From contig JAJPIG010000009.1 in assembly GCA_021324855.1 (NCBI GenBank), forward strand, positions 44,138 to 108,137: 64,000 nt of DNA, read 5' to 3'. Below are positions 9,863-19,294 of the stretch, one piece after another (positions within the stretch are counted from its first letter, which is position 1; every line of letters starts with the position of its first letter). The notes under the pieces are model-generated. The model was not told the DNA's origin, did not search any database, and saw only the letters and a list, made by a program, of their open reading frames with translations. Origin of the DNA: Pseudomonadota bacterium (GTDB lineage: Bacteria; Desulfobacterota; Binatia; Binatales; Binataceae). A program made the position numbers and the translations under genes.

Positions 9863-10078
9863 ATGCCAGATAGCGCCAAAGTTCTTACCGTGAACGAACT
9901 GGCCGAGTACCTGCGGGTACATCGGTCCACAATTTATCGCCTGCTCAAGAAAGGCCAATTGCCGGGTTTCAAAATCGGCAGCGATTGGCGGTTCAACATC
10001 GAAGCTATCGACAAATGGCGGCTGCATCAGGGCGCCGAGCAGTTGGCCGAACTGGGAATCGGCAGCGCGGAAAATTGA
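9863..10078 (+). CDS. Small excisionase-family (HTH_17/MerR-like) DNA-binding protein
   Basis: 71 aa. LTVNELAEYLRVHRSTIYRLLKKGQLPGFKIGSDWRFNIEAIDKW matches the excisionase-family HTH pattern. GC is lower than in neighbouring genes by eye. Confidence 0.75.
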   Translation: MPDSAKVLTVNELAEYLRVHRSTIYRLLKKGQLPGFKIGSDWRFNIEAIDKWRLHQGAEQLAELGIGSAEN

Positions 10079-10098
10079 GGTTTTTGTTCGCCGGCAGC

Positions 10099-10665
10099 TC
10101 ATTTGAGTTGCCTGTAGCGAAAGCACTTGAGCGAGTGGTCGTTCACCATCCCGACCGCCTGCATAAAGGCGTAACAGATGGTCGATCCGACGAAGCGAAA
10201 TCCCCGCCCAATTAGTTCCCTGCTCATTGCGTCGGATTCCGCGGTTCGCGCAGGCACTGTTTGGCCCGACCGATTACGCCGGGGATGCCCGCCAACGAAG
10301 CGCCATATAAACGCGTCGAAACTCCCGAACTCCTGCTGCACTCCCAGAAATGCGCGAGCGTTTCCGATGGTTGCGGCGATCTTCAATCGATTGCGCACGA
10401 TGCCGGGATTCAACATCAGGCGCGCGATTTTCCGGGTTGTGAAGCGCGCCACCGCTTCGGGAGCGAAGCCTGCGAATGCCGCGCGATAACTCTCGCGCTT
10501 GCGCAGGATCGTCTCCCAGCTTAGTCCCGCCTGCGCGCCTTCCAGAATAAGGAACTCGAACAGCTTGCGATCATCGTGAACCGGCACGCCCCATTCGTGA
10601 TCATGGTATGCGCGCATCAAGTCGCTGCGCGCCCATGAACAGCGTATCAGTCCGTCGTTCTCCAT
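10099..10665 (-). CDS. tag: DNA-3-methyladenine glycosylase I
   Basis: YHDHEWGVP, LILEGAQAGLSWETIL and the C-terminal CYAFMQAVGMVNDH blocks typical of Tag. 188 aa. Confidence 0.9.
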   Translation of the reverse strand: MENDGLIRCSWARSDLMRAYHDHEWGVPVHDDRKLFEFLILEGAQAGLSWETILRKRESYRAAFAGFAPEAVARFTTRKIARLMLNPGIVRNRLKIAATIGNARAFLGVQQEFGSFDAFIWRFVGGHPRRNRSGQTVPARTAESDAMSRELIGRGFRFVGSTICYAFMQAVGMVNDHSLKCFRYRQLK

Positions 10666-10677
10666 GATCCGGAACCG

Positions 10678-13254
10678 TCAGCCCGAGACGATGCGCCGGC
10701 GGATGAAGACCGCCGCAAGCGTCAGCAGGATGGCGGTCGGCAGCAGGTAGGGCGCGGCACTCCGATAGTCGGTTACGGTTGCTCCACGCCGCATCAGGAT
10801 CTCTGGCGCCGAAACCGAGAGCGCGCCGCCGGTTGCTGCGGCCAGATTGCGCAGCAGCTCGACATTCGGCGGCCGGAGCTTGAGTTCGGCGGCATCGGCG
10901 GCGACCGGCGCAACGATGAACGGACGTCGTTCGAGCACCTGTTCGAGATCGTTGGCCTTGAGCATCAACGTCGCGGTGTAGACTCCGGGCGGCAGCATTC
11001 CCGCATCGCCGCGATAAAGCGCGCTATCGACCTGACTCATCGAAACATCGACCACCACCTGACTGCCCGCAATGCGGCAATAGAGGCCGGCGACCGGTTC
11101 CGAGTCGGCCTTTTGCGCCTCGATCCTGACGCCGTCCGGCCGATCGGCTATGCGCAGGTCAAACGGGCCTGCTCCGCCCCGCCGCATCACCCAATTGACG
11201 AGCTGCGACCAGAATTCCGCATACCGGTTCCATCGCACCCAGGCCAGCGTGGTCAGCGCGTCGGGATCGGCGGTGAACACCGCGGCGCGCCCGAGCCCGT
11301 ATTGCCAGGTTGCCAGCAACGGCTGAGTCTTGTCTCCATGACGGAGCTTTAGCGGCACCTCGGCGCCGTCCTTGACGTCGGCTTCGGCCGCGTAGTCGAG
11401 CGTCGGAATCTGATCGAGGTTGATTCCCTTCAGAATGGCGCTCGAATCGCCGTACTCGATCGAACGATCGTGCCGCGTCCGGTTCGAAGTACGCTGTGTC
11501 AGATGCACCAGCAGTTGCGGGAGCTTCTCGATGTCGCCAACGCGATAGAAGGTTCCGCCGGTCGCGGAGGCAAAATCCTGCAGCAGCCGCAGATTCGCGA
11601 GGTCGGGTCCGATGCGGATGGTGGAGACCGGAATGCCTTCGCCCGCGTAGTCGGCAATGAGACTGTCGTGATCGTGATACTCGCGATTGGTATCGCCATC
11701 GGTGAGCAGGATCACCTGGCGAACGCTGAGCCCGCTGGCCAGGATTTCACGCTCGGCGATCTCCAGCGCTTCCTTGAAATCGGTGCCGCCGCCGGGTTCG
11801 AGACGCTGGATGCGATCGAGCAACTGGGCGCGATCCTCTCCGAGCGGCTTCAGATGGGCCAGCACGTAGGGCTGTGAATCGAACGCGATGACGCCCACGA
11901 AGTCGGTGTCATCGAGCTGGTTCAAAAGCGCGATTGCTGCGCGCTTCGCATAACGGATCCGTTCGCCGTCGCGCACCTCGGGATCGCGCGAGTTGTAGCT
12001 CATCGAGTTCGATCGGTCGATGCACAGATAGACGGCGATCGGTTCGCGAGTCGGCGGCGGCGGCTGCGGGCGGAAGCTCACCGGCAGAATCTTCTCCAGT
12101 TCGCTGCCCTTGAAGTTGCCGTCGAGCATCGTTGCGCCGGTCACCAGCAATCCGCCGCCGAGATCGCTGACGTAGCGGTCGAGCGCACCTTGGGCCGCGG
12201 GACTCAGGCTTGATGCGGTCACGTCGGCGAGGACCACTGCCTGATACGGCAGGTAGGCGAAGGCGTGAACCGGCAGCGCCGACGGCGTCACCACCTCGAC
12301 CCGGTAATGGCGGAGCTTGAGCGCGTCGATGATGCTCTTGCCCGGTGCAATCCCGGCCAGCAACACGTGCGGCGTTTCCAGCACGGAAACCGAGGCGCTC
12401 GCGCGGGAATTGATCATCGCCGCCGGCTCGGGGATCGAAAGCGCGACGCTCAGGTCGTACGCGCCGGGTTTATCGAGTTGATACGGCAGCTCGAAGCGAT
12501 TCAGCCCGGGCCGTAAATTGACAGTCTGCTCGCCGGCGGCTTTGCCGTTCCTATAAAGCGTGAGCTTGCCGGCGAGCACCTCGTGCGCTTCGCTTTCGAT
12601 ATCCAGGCGCAGGGCGAACCGTGAATAGGCGCGCACCACGTCAGGCCCGGCTAGCGCGGTGACGGCGATGCGCTTCAAAGCGGAGGGCGGCGGCGCGGCG
12701 GCGTAGATCCGAACGCCGTCGTCGACAAGCGCCGGCACCGCGGCCATTGCGTTACCCTCGGTCTGGTTACCATCGCTCAGCAGGACGATTCGTTTCTCGG
12801 CATCGACCGGAAACATCCCAAGCGCAGTGGTGAGCGCCGCTTCCAGATTCGTGCCGCCGCTGTCCACCGGCTGATCGATGGAACCAAGCAGGCGCGGATC
12901 GCCGAGCGGAGCGGTCAGATGCGTATCGCGGCCGAAGCCGATGACTGCCAGCCGGTCGCGCGGGTCCATCGCCTGGGCCAGCGCGCCGACCTGCTCGCGT
13001 ATCCAGGCGGCCTGATCGGGCGCTATCGATCGGGATTCATCAACCAGCGCGACCACCGCCGTATTGCCCGCGCCGACGCGGATCGGAAACTCGAGTCCTG
13101 CCATCAGCAGGACGATCGCGCTGAACGTCAGGCCGCGCAGAACCGTTTCGAGCGCACCCGCGAGACGCCGCCCGCGTGCGAACGCGAGCAGCCCCGGCGC
13201 CACCGCAACCGGCAGAAGCAAAAACAGCCAGAGCAAAAATGGCCGGTCAAACAT
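10678..13254 (-). CDS. Large membrane-anchored protein with two VWA domains (BatB-like)
   Basis: N-terminal TM helices, MIDAS motifs VDESRS and IDRSNS, C-terminal TM helix. Last large gene of the MoxR operon. Paralog of 481-3093. Confidence 0.8.
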   Translation of the reverse strand: MFDRPFLLWLFLLLPVAVAPGLLAFARGRRLAGALETVLRGLTFSAIVLLMAGLEFPIRVGAGNTAVVALVDESRSIAPDQAAWIREQVGALAQAMDPRDRLAVIGFGRDTHLTAPLGDPRLLGSIDQPVDSGGTNLEAALTTALGMFPVDAEKRIVLLSDGNQTEGNAMAAVPALVDDGVRIYAAAPPPSALKRIAVTALAGPDVVRAYSRFALRLDIESEAHEVLAGKLTLYRNGKAAGEQTVNLRPGLNRFELPYQLDKPGAYDLSVALSIPEPAAMINSRASASVSVLETPHVLLAGIAPGKSIIDALKLRHYRVEVVTPSALPVHAFAYLPYQAVVLADVTASSLSPAAQGALDRYVSDLGGGLLVTGATMLDGNFKGSELEKILPVSFRPQPPPPTREPIAVYLCIDRSNSMSYNSRDPEVRDGERIRYAKRAAIALLNQLDDTDFVGVIAFDSQPYVLAHLKPLGEDRAQLLDRIQRLEPGGGTDFKEALEIAEREILASGLSVRQVILLTDGDTNREYHDHDSLIADYAGEGIPVSTIRIGPDLANLRLLQDFASATGGTFYRVGDIEKLPQLLVHLTQRTSNRTRHDRSIEYGDSSAILKGINLDQIPTLDYAAEADVKDGAEVPLKLRHGDKTQPLLATWQYGLGRAAVFTADPDALTTLAWVRWNRYAEFWSQLVNWVMRRGGAGPFDLRIADRPDGVRIEAQKADSEPVAGLYCRIAGSQVVVDVSMSQVDSALYRGDAGMLPPGVYTATLMLKANDLEQVLERRPFIVAPVAADAAELKLRPPNVELLRNLAAATGGALSVSAPEILMRRGATVTDYRSAAPYLLPTAILLTLAAVFIRRRIVSG

Positions 13255-15118
13255 GGCGCGCCGTCCATCGCGACCACCAGTCGCGCGAAAGCAGAATCGA
13301 TTCGGCCAGCAGCGTGAGCATCGCGAGCGCCGTCAGCCACATGCCAAGCGCCATCACGCCGGCCGCCGTCGGCTCGGACCGATGCGCGATGGCGGTAGCC
13401 GGCAGCGCCGGCGCTTCGGCCTGCGGCCGGGCGGTGAGGTCGGACTCATCCTCATCGAAATAGTTGGCATATATCGAGGACTCGCCGGCCGGCGTCGAAA
13501 GCCGATAACGCCCGGCGCTCATCGCCATGAAGCCGACCTGTCCTGAGGTGTCGGCCGGAAGCTTACGCTTGATGCCATCGGGTTCGACCACCGTCGCACC
13601 GCCCGGCGCCTGGAACGTGACGTAGCTCGCGGTGTTCACGACCCGCAGATGCTCGGGAGCGGTGAGGCGCCGCACTAGTTGCACGGTGAGCAGCAGCGCT
13701 TCGAGGTCGTCGGGATTCATCAACAGATGATGGCGCACGTCAAAAGCGATCACGCCCAGATGTTGCTCGCCGTCATTCGCAATTGCGACCAGTGCGATCC
13801 GATGCTGCGCAGGGCTCCCCGCCGAATGGGCGATTACTTCGCTACCCGCGGGCAGCAAGACCTCGCGCGCCCGGCCGAGCATCAGTGCCTCGTCCGCCAA
13901 ATCTGATTCGCGTCGATCCTCGAGCTCGATCGCACCGAGCGTCCGCCCCACGCGGACTATGCCCGCTCCCGAGGGCGGCGGGTAAATAAGCAGCGTCGCC
14001 GGCGCATTCAGGCCGGGTACATACGCGTCGTGCATCACGACCAGCTCGTAAGATTTTTGGTCGTTCGATTTCTTATATTGGGCCGGAGCGAGCGCTTCGA
14101 CGGTCAAGTTCTGATTGATGCCGAGCAGGATTCGCGAAAGATCGTCGCGCACGGTCGGGTCGGGCGAGAGCACCAGGGCGCGACTCTTGGCGTCGCCCGG
14201 CGCCACGTAGGCCCATCGATCGTCGTCAGCCGCGAGCGCATCGCCATTCGTCGCCAGGTGGGCGTGCACGAGGCCGCCGCGCGTCAGCGGACCGAACGGC
14301 GCCACCACCTCGGATTCGGGTTCAACGATCATCGGGAAGTTCAGCCGCTCGCCGCGATCGCTTTCGATGGTAAGTATCGAGCGCATCGGATGCTGCGCGA
14401 AGCTGCGGATGACGCAATGTCCCGGCCGGATTCCGGGCGTGCCCGGATCGAGCGACACCACGGCGAGGTTCTCGGCTGGCGTGCCGATCAAATGGAGGTT
14501 GAGCCGCGCGGGATCGATCACGTCCGCAACCAGCGCGGGCGGCGGCGCGTGGTCGGTGAAGAGATCGATTTGAGCGGCCTCGCGGGCGCGGATGAGAGCG
14601 GCCTTCAGCGCCGCAGCCCGCGGCGCGACGGCGGCTGGCACGAGCTCCTCGATCGCGGCGCGGGTTGCGCGGCGATCGATGCTGGCTGCGTGCGATCCGT
14701 GTGTGCCCAGGTCATAGCCAGTCACGCTGAAGCGGGTGCCGGCGGCGGCATGCGCGACTATCGCGAGGGCTTGGGCGCGCGCCGCATCGAGCCGCGATCC
14801 GCCGCCCTCGCGCGCGCCCATCGCTGCGCCGAGATCGAATATCAGCGCGTGCGTGCGGTGGGTCGTGATCGGTTCGATAACGCGCAGGTAAAGGCCCGCC
14901 AACGCCAGCGACAACGCCGACAGGGTTGCCGCCTCGAGCCAGAAGAGTGCGTCGAGATGCAGCATCCGGCGCCGCACCACCGGCGCGCCAATCTCCTCGA
15001 ACAGCATCAGGCTCGAGACGTCGACAGTCATGCGGGCGCGCGCCCGCAAATAGATGAGCACCAGCAGCGCCAGAGAGCCGCCGAGCCAGAGCAGATTGAT
15101 CGGCGTGAGAAACCCCAT
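13247..15118 (-). CDS. BatA-N (aerotolerance regulator N-terminal domain) membrane protein
   Basis: N-terminus MGFLTPINLLWLGGSLALLVLIYLR is the BatA_N signature. C-terminal TM helix. 8-nt overlap with the downstream VWA gene. Confidence 0.7.
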   Translation of the reverse strand: MGFLTPINLLWLGGSLALLVLIYLRARARMTVDVSSLMLFEEIGAPVVRRRMLHLDALFWLEAATLSALSLALAGLYLRVIEPITTHRTHALIFDLGAAMGAREGGGSRLDAARAQALAIVAHAAAGTRFSVTGYDLGTHGSHAASIDRRATRAAIEELVPAAVAPRAAALKAALIRAREAAQIDLFTDHAPPPALVADVIDPARLNLHLIGTPAENLAVVSLDPGTPGIRPGHCVIRSFAQHPMRSILTIESDRGERLNFPMIVEPESEVVAPFGPLTRGGLVHAHLATNGDALAADDDRWAYVAPGDAKSRALVLSPDPTVRDDLSRILLGINQNLTVEALAPAQYKKSNDQKSYELVVMHDAYVPGLNAPATLLIYPPPSGAGIVRVGRTLGAIELEDRRESDLADEALMLGRAREVLLPAGSEVIAHSAGSPAQHRIALVAIANDGEQHLGVIAFDVRHHLLMNPDDLEALLLTVQLVRRLTAPEHLRVVNTASYVTFQAPGGATVVEPDGIKRKLPADTSGQVGFMAMSAGRYRLSTPAGESSIYANYFDEDESDLTARPQAEAPALPATAIAHRSEPTAAGVMALGMWLTALAMLTLLAESILLSRDWWSRWTARHV

Positions 15119-15120
15119 CG

Positions 15121-16026
15121 CTAGACGACCAGCCCCAAACGCGGGAGTTCTCCGGTTATGATCCGGTCGAGATTGCCCGCGCCGAAGGCGCGCACGTAGG
15201 TAATTGCGTGGCGCCCGCAGAAATCGCGCAGGCGCTCGGCCAGCTCCTCGACGCGCCGGCGATAGCGCTCGCCGGCATCGTCGCCCGGCGCAAGTTCGCG
15301 AATCTCACCGGTTTCGATGTCGCGGATGCGCATCATCCGGTCGTGGAAATCACCGGTGCTCTCACGCTCGCCCATTACGTGCAGGACCTTCACCTCGTGG
15401 CGCGCCGCGCTTATCCGGCTGAGCGCATTCTCGTAATCCGAAGGCTCGACCAGGAAATCCGAGATGAGAATGATCAGCCCGGGCGAGCGGCGCTGAGCGA
15501 GCAGCTCGTCGGCCATCGCGGTCATCCGGGTTGCGCCTTCCGGCCGGATTCCATTGACGAACGGCTTGAGCTGCGGATACATCTCGCGTCGCGAGCAGAC
15601 CAGGCTCCGATCAAGCCGCATCTTTCCGCGGCGGATGCCGAAACTGATCATCCGCACGGCGTCGTTTTCGTTCACGCCAAGATAGGCCAGGGCAGCCCCG
15701 AGCAGCAGCGCAAACCCGAGCTTGTCATCTGCGCGCGGCACCGCCATTGAGGCGCTCGCATCGATCAGCAGCGTAACCTCAACCTGGCGCGTAGCGCGGT
15801 AGGTGCGCAGCAACAGATCATCGAGCCGCGCGAACGCATTCCAATCGAGAAAGCGAAGATCCTCGCCCTCCGAATAGTTCTTGAAATTCTCGAGCTCGAT
15901 GCCGATACCCTGCACCCGTCCCAGCGTGCGCTGACCGACCCGCGCGGTCCGCGCCCGCTTGATGCCCAGCGCCAGGCGATCCAGCCTCGCCAGAAATTCC
16001 GGCTCGAACGCGCGCGCCTCGAGCAT
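15121..16026 (-). CDS. DUF58 domain protein (VWA-like, MoxR partner)
   Basis: FKNYSEGEDLRFLDWNAFAR (the DUF58 hallmark) followed by LLIDASASM. Sits immediately downstream of the MoxR ATPase. Confidence 0.8.
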   Translation of the reverse strand: MLEARAFEPEFLARLDRLALGIKRARTARVGQRTLGRVQGIGIELENFKNYSEGEDLRFLDWNAFARLDDLLLRTYRATRQVEVTLLIDASASMAVPRADDKLGFALLLGAALAYLGVNENDAVRMISFGIRRGKMRLDRSLVCSRREMYPQLKPFVNGIRPEGATRMTAMADELLAQRRSPGLIILISDFLVEPSDYENALSRISAARHEVKVLHVMGERESTGDFHDRMMRIRDIETGEIRELAPGDDAGERYRRRVEELAERLRDFCGRHAITYVRAFGAGNLDRIITGELPRLGLVV

Positions 16027-16033
16027 AGCCTGG

Positions 16034-17074
16034 TCAGGTGCGCGTCGCGCGCACCGCTTTAATCACCCGTTCCACAATCTGCGCGGCGTCGACGGCGTCG
16101 GAATGAGCGGCGTAGTTGAGCATGATGCGATGCTGCAGCGCGAGTGGCGCGATCGCGTCGATATCCTCGTAGGCGACGTTCGCGCGGCCGTCGAGCAGCG
16201 CGCGCACCTTCGCGCCGAGAATCAGCGCCTGCGCTCCGCGCGGGCTCGAACCGAAACTGACGTAGCGATTGACAATTTCGTCACCCGCTCCGCCGCGCCG
16301 CTCGCCCATGAAGTTCGCGCCGGTCGGCTGCGTCGCGCGTACCATCCGGGCGGCATATTGCTCGATCGCCGGCGCGACCATCACCTCGCGCACCAGCCGC
16401 TTCAAGGCCTCGATCCGGCCTGCCGCTTCAGCATGCGCGAAAACCGGCTGGATGCCCGCCTCTTCGGGGCCGGTGGTCGACGAGATGATCCGGATCAGCT
16501 CGGCCTCGTCGGGAAAGCCCAGGCTGACCTTGAAGATGAAGCGATCGAGCTGCGCTTCGGGCAGCGCGTACGTGCCTTCCATCTCGATCGGGTTCAGGGT
16601 CGCCATCACAAAGTATGGCGGCGTGAGACGATAGCTCTTGCCGGCGACTGTCACCTGCAACTCGGCCATCGCCTCGAGCAGCGCCGACTGCGTTTTGGGG
16701 GTCGCCCGGTTAATTTCGTCGCCGAGCAGAATATGACAAAAAACCGGACCGGGCTGGAAGGTGAATTCACGCCGATTATCCTCGCCCGTCACGATCACGC
16801 GCGTCCCGGTGATGTCCGCCGGCATCAGATCGACGGTGAACTGGATGCGGTTGAAGCTCAGGTTAAGCGCCGTGCCGAGCGCCTTTACCAGCGTGGTCTT
16901 GCCGGTGCCGGGAACGCCTTCGATCAGGACATGGCCGCCGGCGAAAAGCGCGCTCAGCAATCCTTCAACGGCCTGCTCATGTCCGATGATCAGTTTGTGA
17001 ATTTCGCCCTGGATGCGGCGGAAGGTGCGGGCGAAATCAGCTACGGTCAGGGGTTCGGCCAGCGCTGCGCTCAT
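16034..17074 (-). CDS. MoxR-family AAA+ ATPase
   Basis: Walker A GVPGTGKT, Walker B ILLGDEINRATPKTQSALLEAMAE, and the MoxR-typical VMATLNPIEMEGTYALPEAQLDRF. Confidence 0.9.
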   Translation of the reverse strand: MSAALAEPLTVADFARTFRRIQGEIHKLIIGHEQAVEGLLSALFAGGHVLIEGVPGTGKTTLVKALGTALNLSFNRIQFTVDLMPADITGTRVIVTGEDNRREFTFQPGPVFCHILLGDEINRATPKTQSALLEAMAELQVTVAGKSYRLTPPYFVMATLNPIEMEGTYALPEAQLDRFIFKVSLGFPDEAELIRIISSTTGPEEAGIQPVFAHAEAAGRIEALKRLVREVMVAPAIEQYAARMVRATQPTGANFMGERRGGAGDEIVNRYVSFGSSPRGAQALILGAKVRALLDGRANVAYEDIDAIAPLALQHRIMLNYAAHSDAVDAAQIVERVIKAVRATRT

Positions 17075-18417
17075 CGTTCGAAGATCCGTTTGATTGTGCT
17101 GCGATCCTCAGCCGGAACATCGGTGCGGCTGATCGGCTCATCAGCGTGCTGTTGCGGGTTGAGCGGAGCGTTGACTCTGGGCGGATAGCCGCGATTTGCC
17201 GCGTGACCGGTCGCGCCCGGGCGCGCGTCGATCGCGATCTGAAAGCTGCCTTCGCTCTTGCCGTCGTTTTCAGGCGGGCCGTAAAGACCCTCCGGGTCAG
17301 TACCCGCGCCATGCGATGCGCCGCCGGCATCGTCGTTGCCGCTGTGCTGCTGATCGGCAAACGGGTGCGAATCGACGCCGGGTTGCGGCTTGCCCTGCGC
17401 GGAATCATTGGGCGGCGCCTGCATTGCGAGCGGACTCTGATTTCCGCCCGGCTGAGTTTCCTGCGAGCCGTGGGCCGGGGCCTGCGCACTCGATTGCGGG
17501 CTGCCCGAGCCGCTGGGCTGTTCGGCGTTCGCGTCAGGCGGAGAATTCAGATTCTGGTCAGGCGGCGGCGACGCGGGATTGGAGCTTGGACCGCCATTAT
17601 CGGCCAGCCGGATATCGAGCGGCGGCGTCTGCCGGCCGGTGATCTTGTCCTGGAGACGATTGGCGAGATCCTGCGCCGAGCGCTTCATTTTCGAGAGCAG
17701 ATTCCTGTTGCGCTCCTTGCGCTGCGCCTCGGCCATCATCTGCGCGAGCTTGCGCATCGTGTTCGGATCACCGCTCAAGCGCGCCTCGTTGCCCGATGGA
17801 TGATCGGAAGGCTGGATGTTGAGATCGCGGAGATTGAGCGTGAGCGGGGCCTGCGCGTGTTTGGCCACTGCGACGGGCCGGGGCGCGTGATGCATCAGAG
17901 GCGAAGCCAAAGCAGCGAGCAGTATCGAGGCGACCATCAGGTAGAGCGTGCGCGAGATGCGGCGGCGTTGGATGCGCGACGGGGCGAACTCGTCGCGCTT
18001 CAGATTCGCGTCCTCGACCAGATAGGGCCACAGCGGCGAACGCACGCTCTGCTTGTGCATCGCGATGATCGTCAGCATGCGGTCTTTGAGCTCGGCGCGT
18101 TCATCGGTGAGTGCGGCCACGGCCTCCGCGGTTTTGCTCATCCGCCACATATGTCGTCCGGCGAGCGCCAGGCCGGCGAGGCAGATGAGTGCAGCCAGCG
18201 CCGCGATGGTCAGAAACATCAGCGGCGCAAGCGTGAACGCTGCGAGCAGGATAATCGTCGCGGCCGAGATCAGCAGCGCGAGAGCGACGAAAATTCCCTG
18301 TTGGAATGCGAGTCCGTTGACCCGCGCGCGCACTGCTGAGAGCTGGCCGAGGATGAGTTTGAGCTTCTCCTCGCCGCGCGGGTTCTGTGGCACTGATGGC
18401 ATAGAAGAAGAGAACAT
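17071..18417 (-). CDS. Membrane protein with a long Pro/Gln/Ser/Gly-rich disordered tail; first gene of the MoxR operon
   Basis: Start trimmed to the ATG at 18417 (MFSSSMPS...), because the listed start at 18678 would overlap the neighbouring OMP gene. Three predicted TM helices, then a low-complexity region (NGGPSSNPASPPPDQNLNSPPDANAEQPSGSGSPQSS...). ATGA overlap with the moxR start at 17071-17074. Confidence 0.55.
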   Translation of the reverse strand: MFSSSMPSVPQNPRGEEKLKLILGQLSAVRARVNGLAFQQGIFVALALLISAATIILLAAFTLAPLMFLTIAALAALICLAGLALAGRHMWRMSKTAEAVAALTDERAELKDRMLTIIAMHKQSVRSPLWPYLVEDANLKRDEFAPSRIQRRRISRTLYLMVASILLAALASPLMHHAPRPVAVAKHAQAPLTLNLRDLNIQPSDHPSGNEARLSGDPNTMRKLAQMMAEAQRKERNRNLLSKMKRSAQDLANRLQDKITGRQTPPLDIRLADNGGPSSNPASPPPDQNLNSPPDANAEQPSGSGSPQSSAQAPAHGSQETQPGGNQSPLAMQAPPNDSAQGKPQPGVDSHPFADQQHSGNDDAGGASHGAGTDPEGLYGPPENDGKSEGSFQIAIDARPGATGHAANRGYPPRVNAPLNPQQHADEPISRTDVPAEDRSTIKRIFER

Positions 18418-18497
18418 CCTGAAGCGGCGACCGCGCCGCTTCGTGATAAAAGGATAGTTTAGCCTGCCGATGCGCGCAACTTGAAACAGCGCCGACG

Positions 18498-19271
18498 CTA
18501 AAAGAGCCAGCCGATCGTGCTCTTGATGAAAGTGCCGTTGGAGGCGCGCGTCAACCCGAAACCGACGCCGAAATTGATTTCGAGCGGCGGAGTCAGGAAC
18601 AGATCGAACCCGGGAGCGATGAAATGCTGCTGGGCCTGCACGCTCGGAAGCGGCGAGACCGGGCCGGTATCGCCCCAATACTCGACACGCGGCGCGATCC
18701 AGTCGAACAACTGATAGCTCGCCGAAGCCGCGGGCTGGAAATCGATGCCCTTGTTACCGGGTCCGTTGAAGGGCTTTTCGAAATCGAGGTTTCCGACGAA
18801 CAGCGCCTTGCCCCACGCGATTTGCATGATCGGCATGAAATCGAATGAGAGCGGATGCGGATCGGCGGCCGAGCGCATGTAATCGAGCTCGAGGTTCGCT
18901 CCGAACGCAATCGGCCACGATTCGGTCTGCGGGATGCCGAAATGTACTTTGGTGCGCGCGCCCGCATACTCGTAAGTGCCGCTGTCGAGCCGCGCGGTAC
19001 ATAAATACTGCCCGATCTCGAGCCACGGCAGCAGGCCGTAAGTCGCCTCGAGTGTGTTGTGGATCTGATAGGTCGGCAATTGTGAATGCGCCAGCTCGCC
19101 GGTCGCTGTCGGCATCCACATGCTGTGCAACTCAGTCATCAACTGGTACTGCGGGACGGTATCGACGTAGTAGATCTGCAGCTCGTAGAAATCGATGGCG
19201 CGGGCGGTGCCGAGGCCCGCGAAAATTACGGACGCGGCGACCGCCGCAATCCGGGTGAAGCGGAGAAACAT
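18498..19271 (-). CDS. Putative outer-membrane beta-barrel protein
   Basis: Start trimmed to MFLRFTRIAAVAASVIFAGLGTARA (signal peptide). Alternating aromatic/hydrophobic beta-strand pattern. C-terminal ...STIGWLF ends in the Phe typical of OMPs. Confidence 0.5.
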   Translation of the reverse strand: MFLRFTRIAAVAASVIFAGLGTARAIDFYELQIYYVDTVPQYQLMTELHSMWMPTATGELAHSQLPTYQIHNTLEATYGLLPWLEIGQYLCTARLDSGTYEYAGARTKVHFGIPQTESWPIAFGANLELDYMRSAADPHPLSFDFMPIMQIAWGKALFVGNLDFEKPFNGPGNKGIDFQPAASASYQLFDWIAPRVEYWGDTGPVSPLPSVQAQQHFIAPGFDLFLTPPLEINFGVGFGLTRASNGTFIKSTIGWLF

Positions 19272-19294
19272 CGGCAGCCCGTGACAAATGCGGC

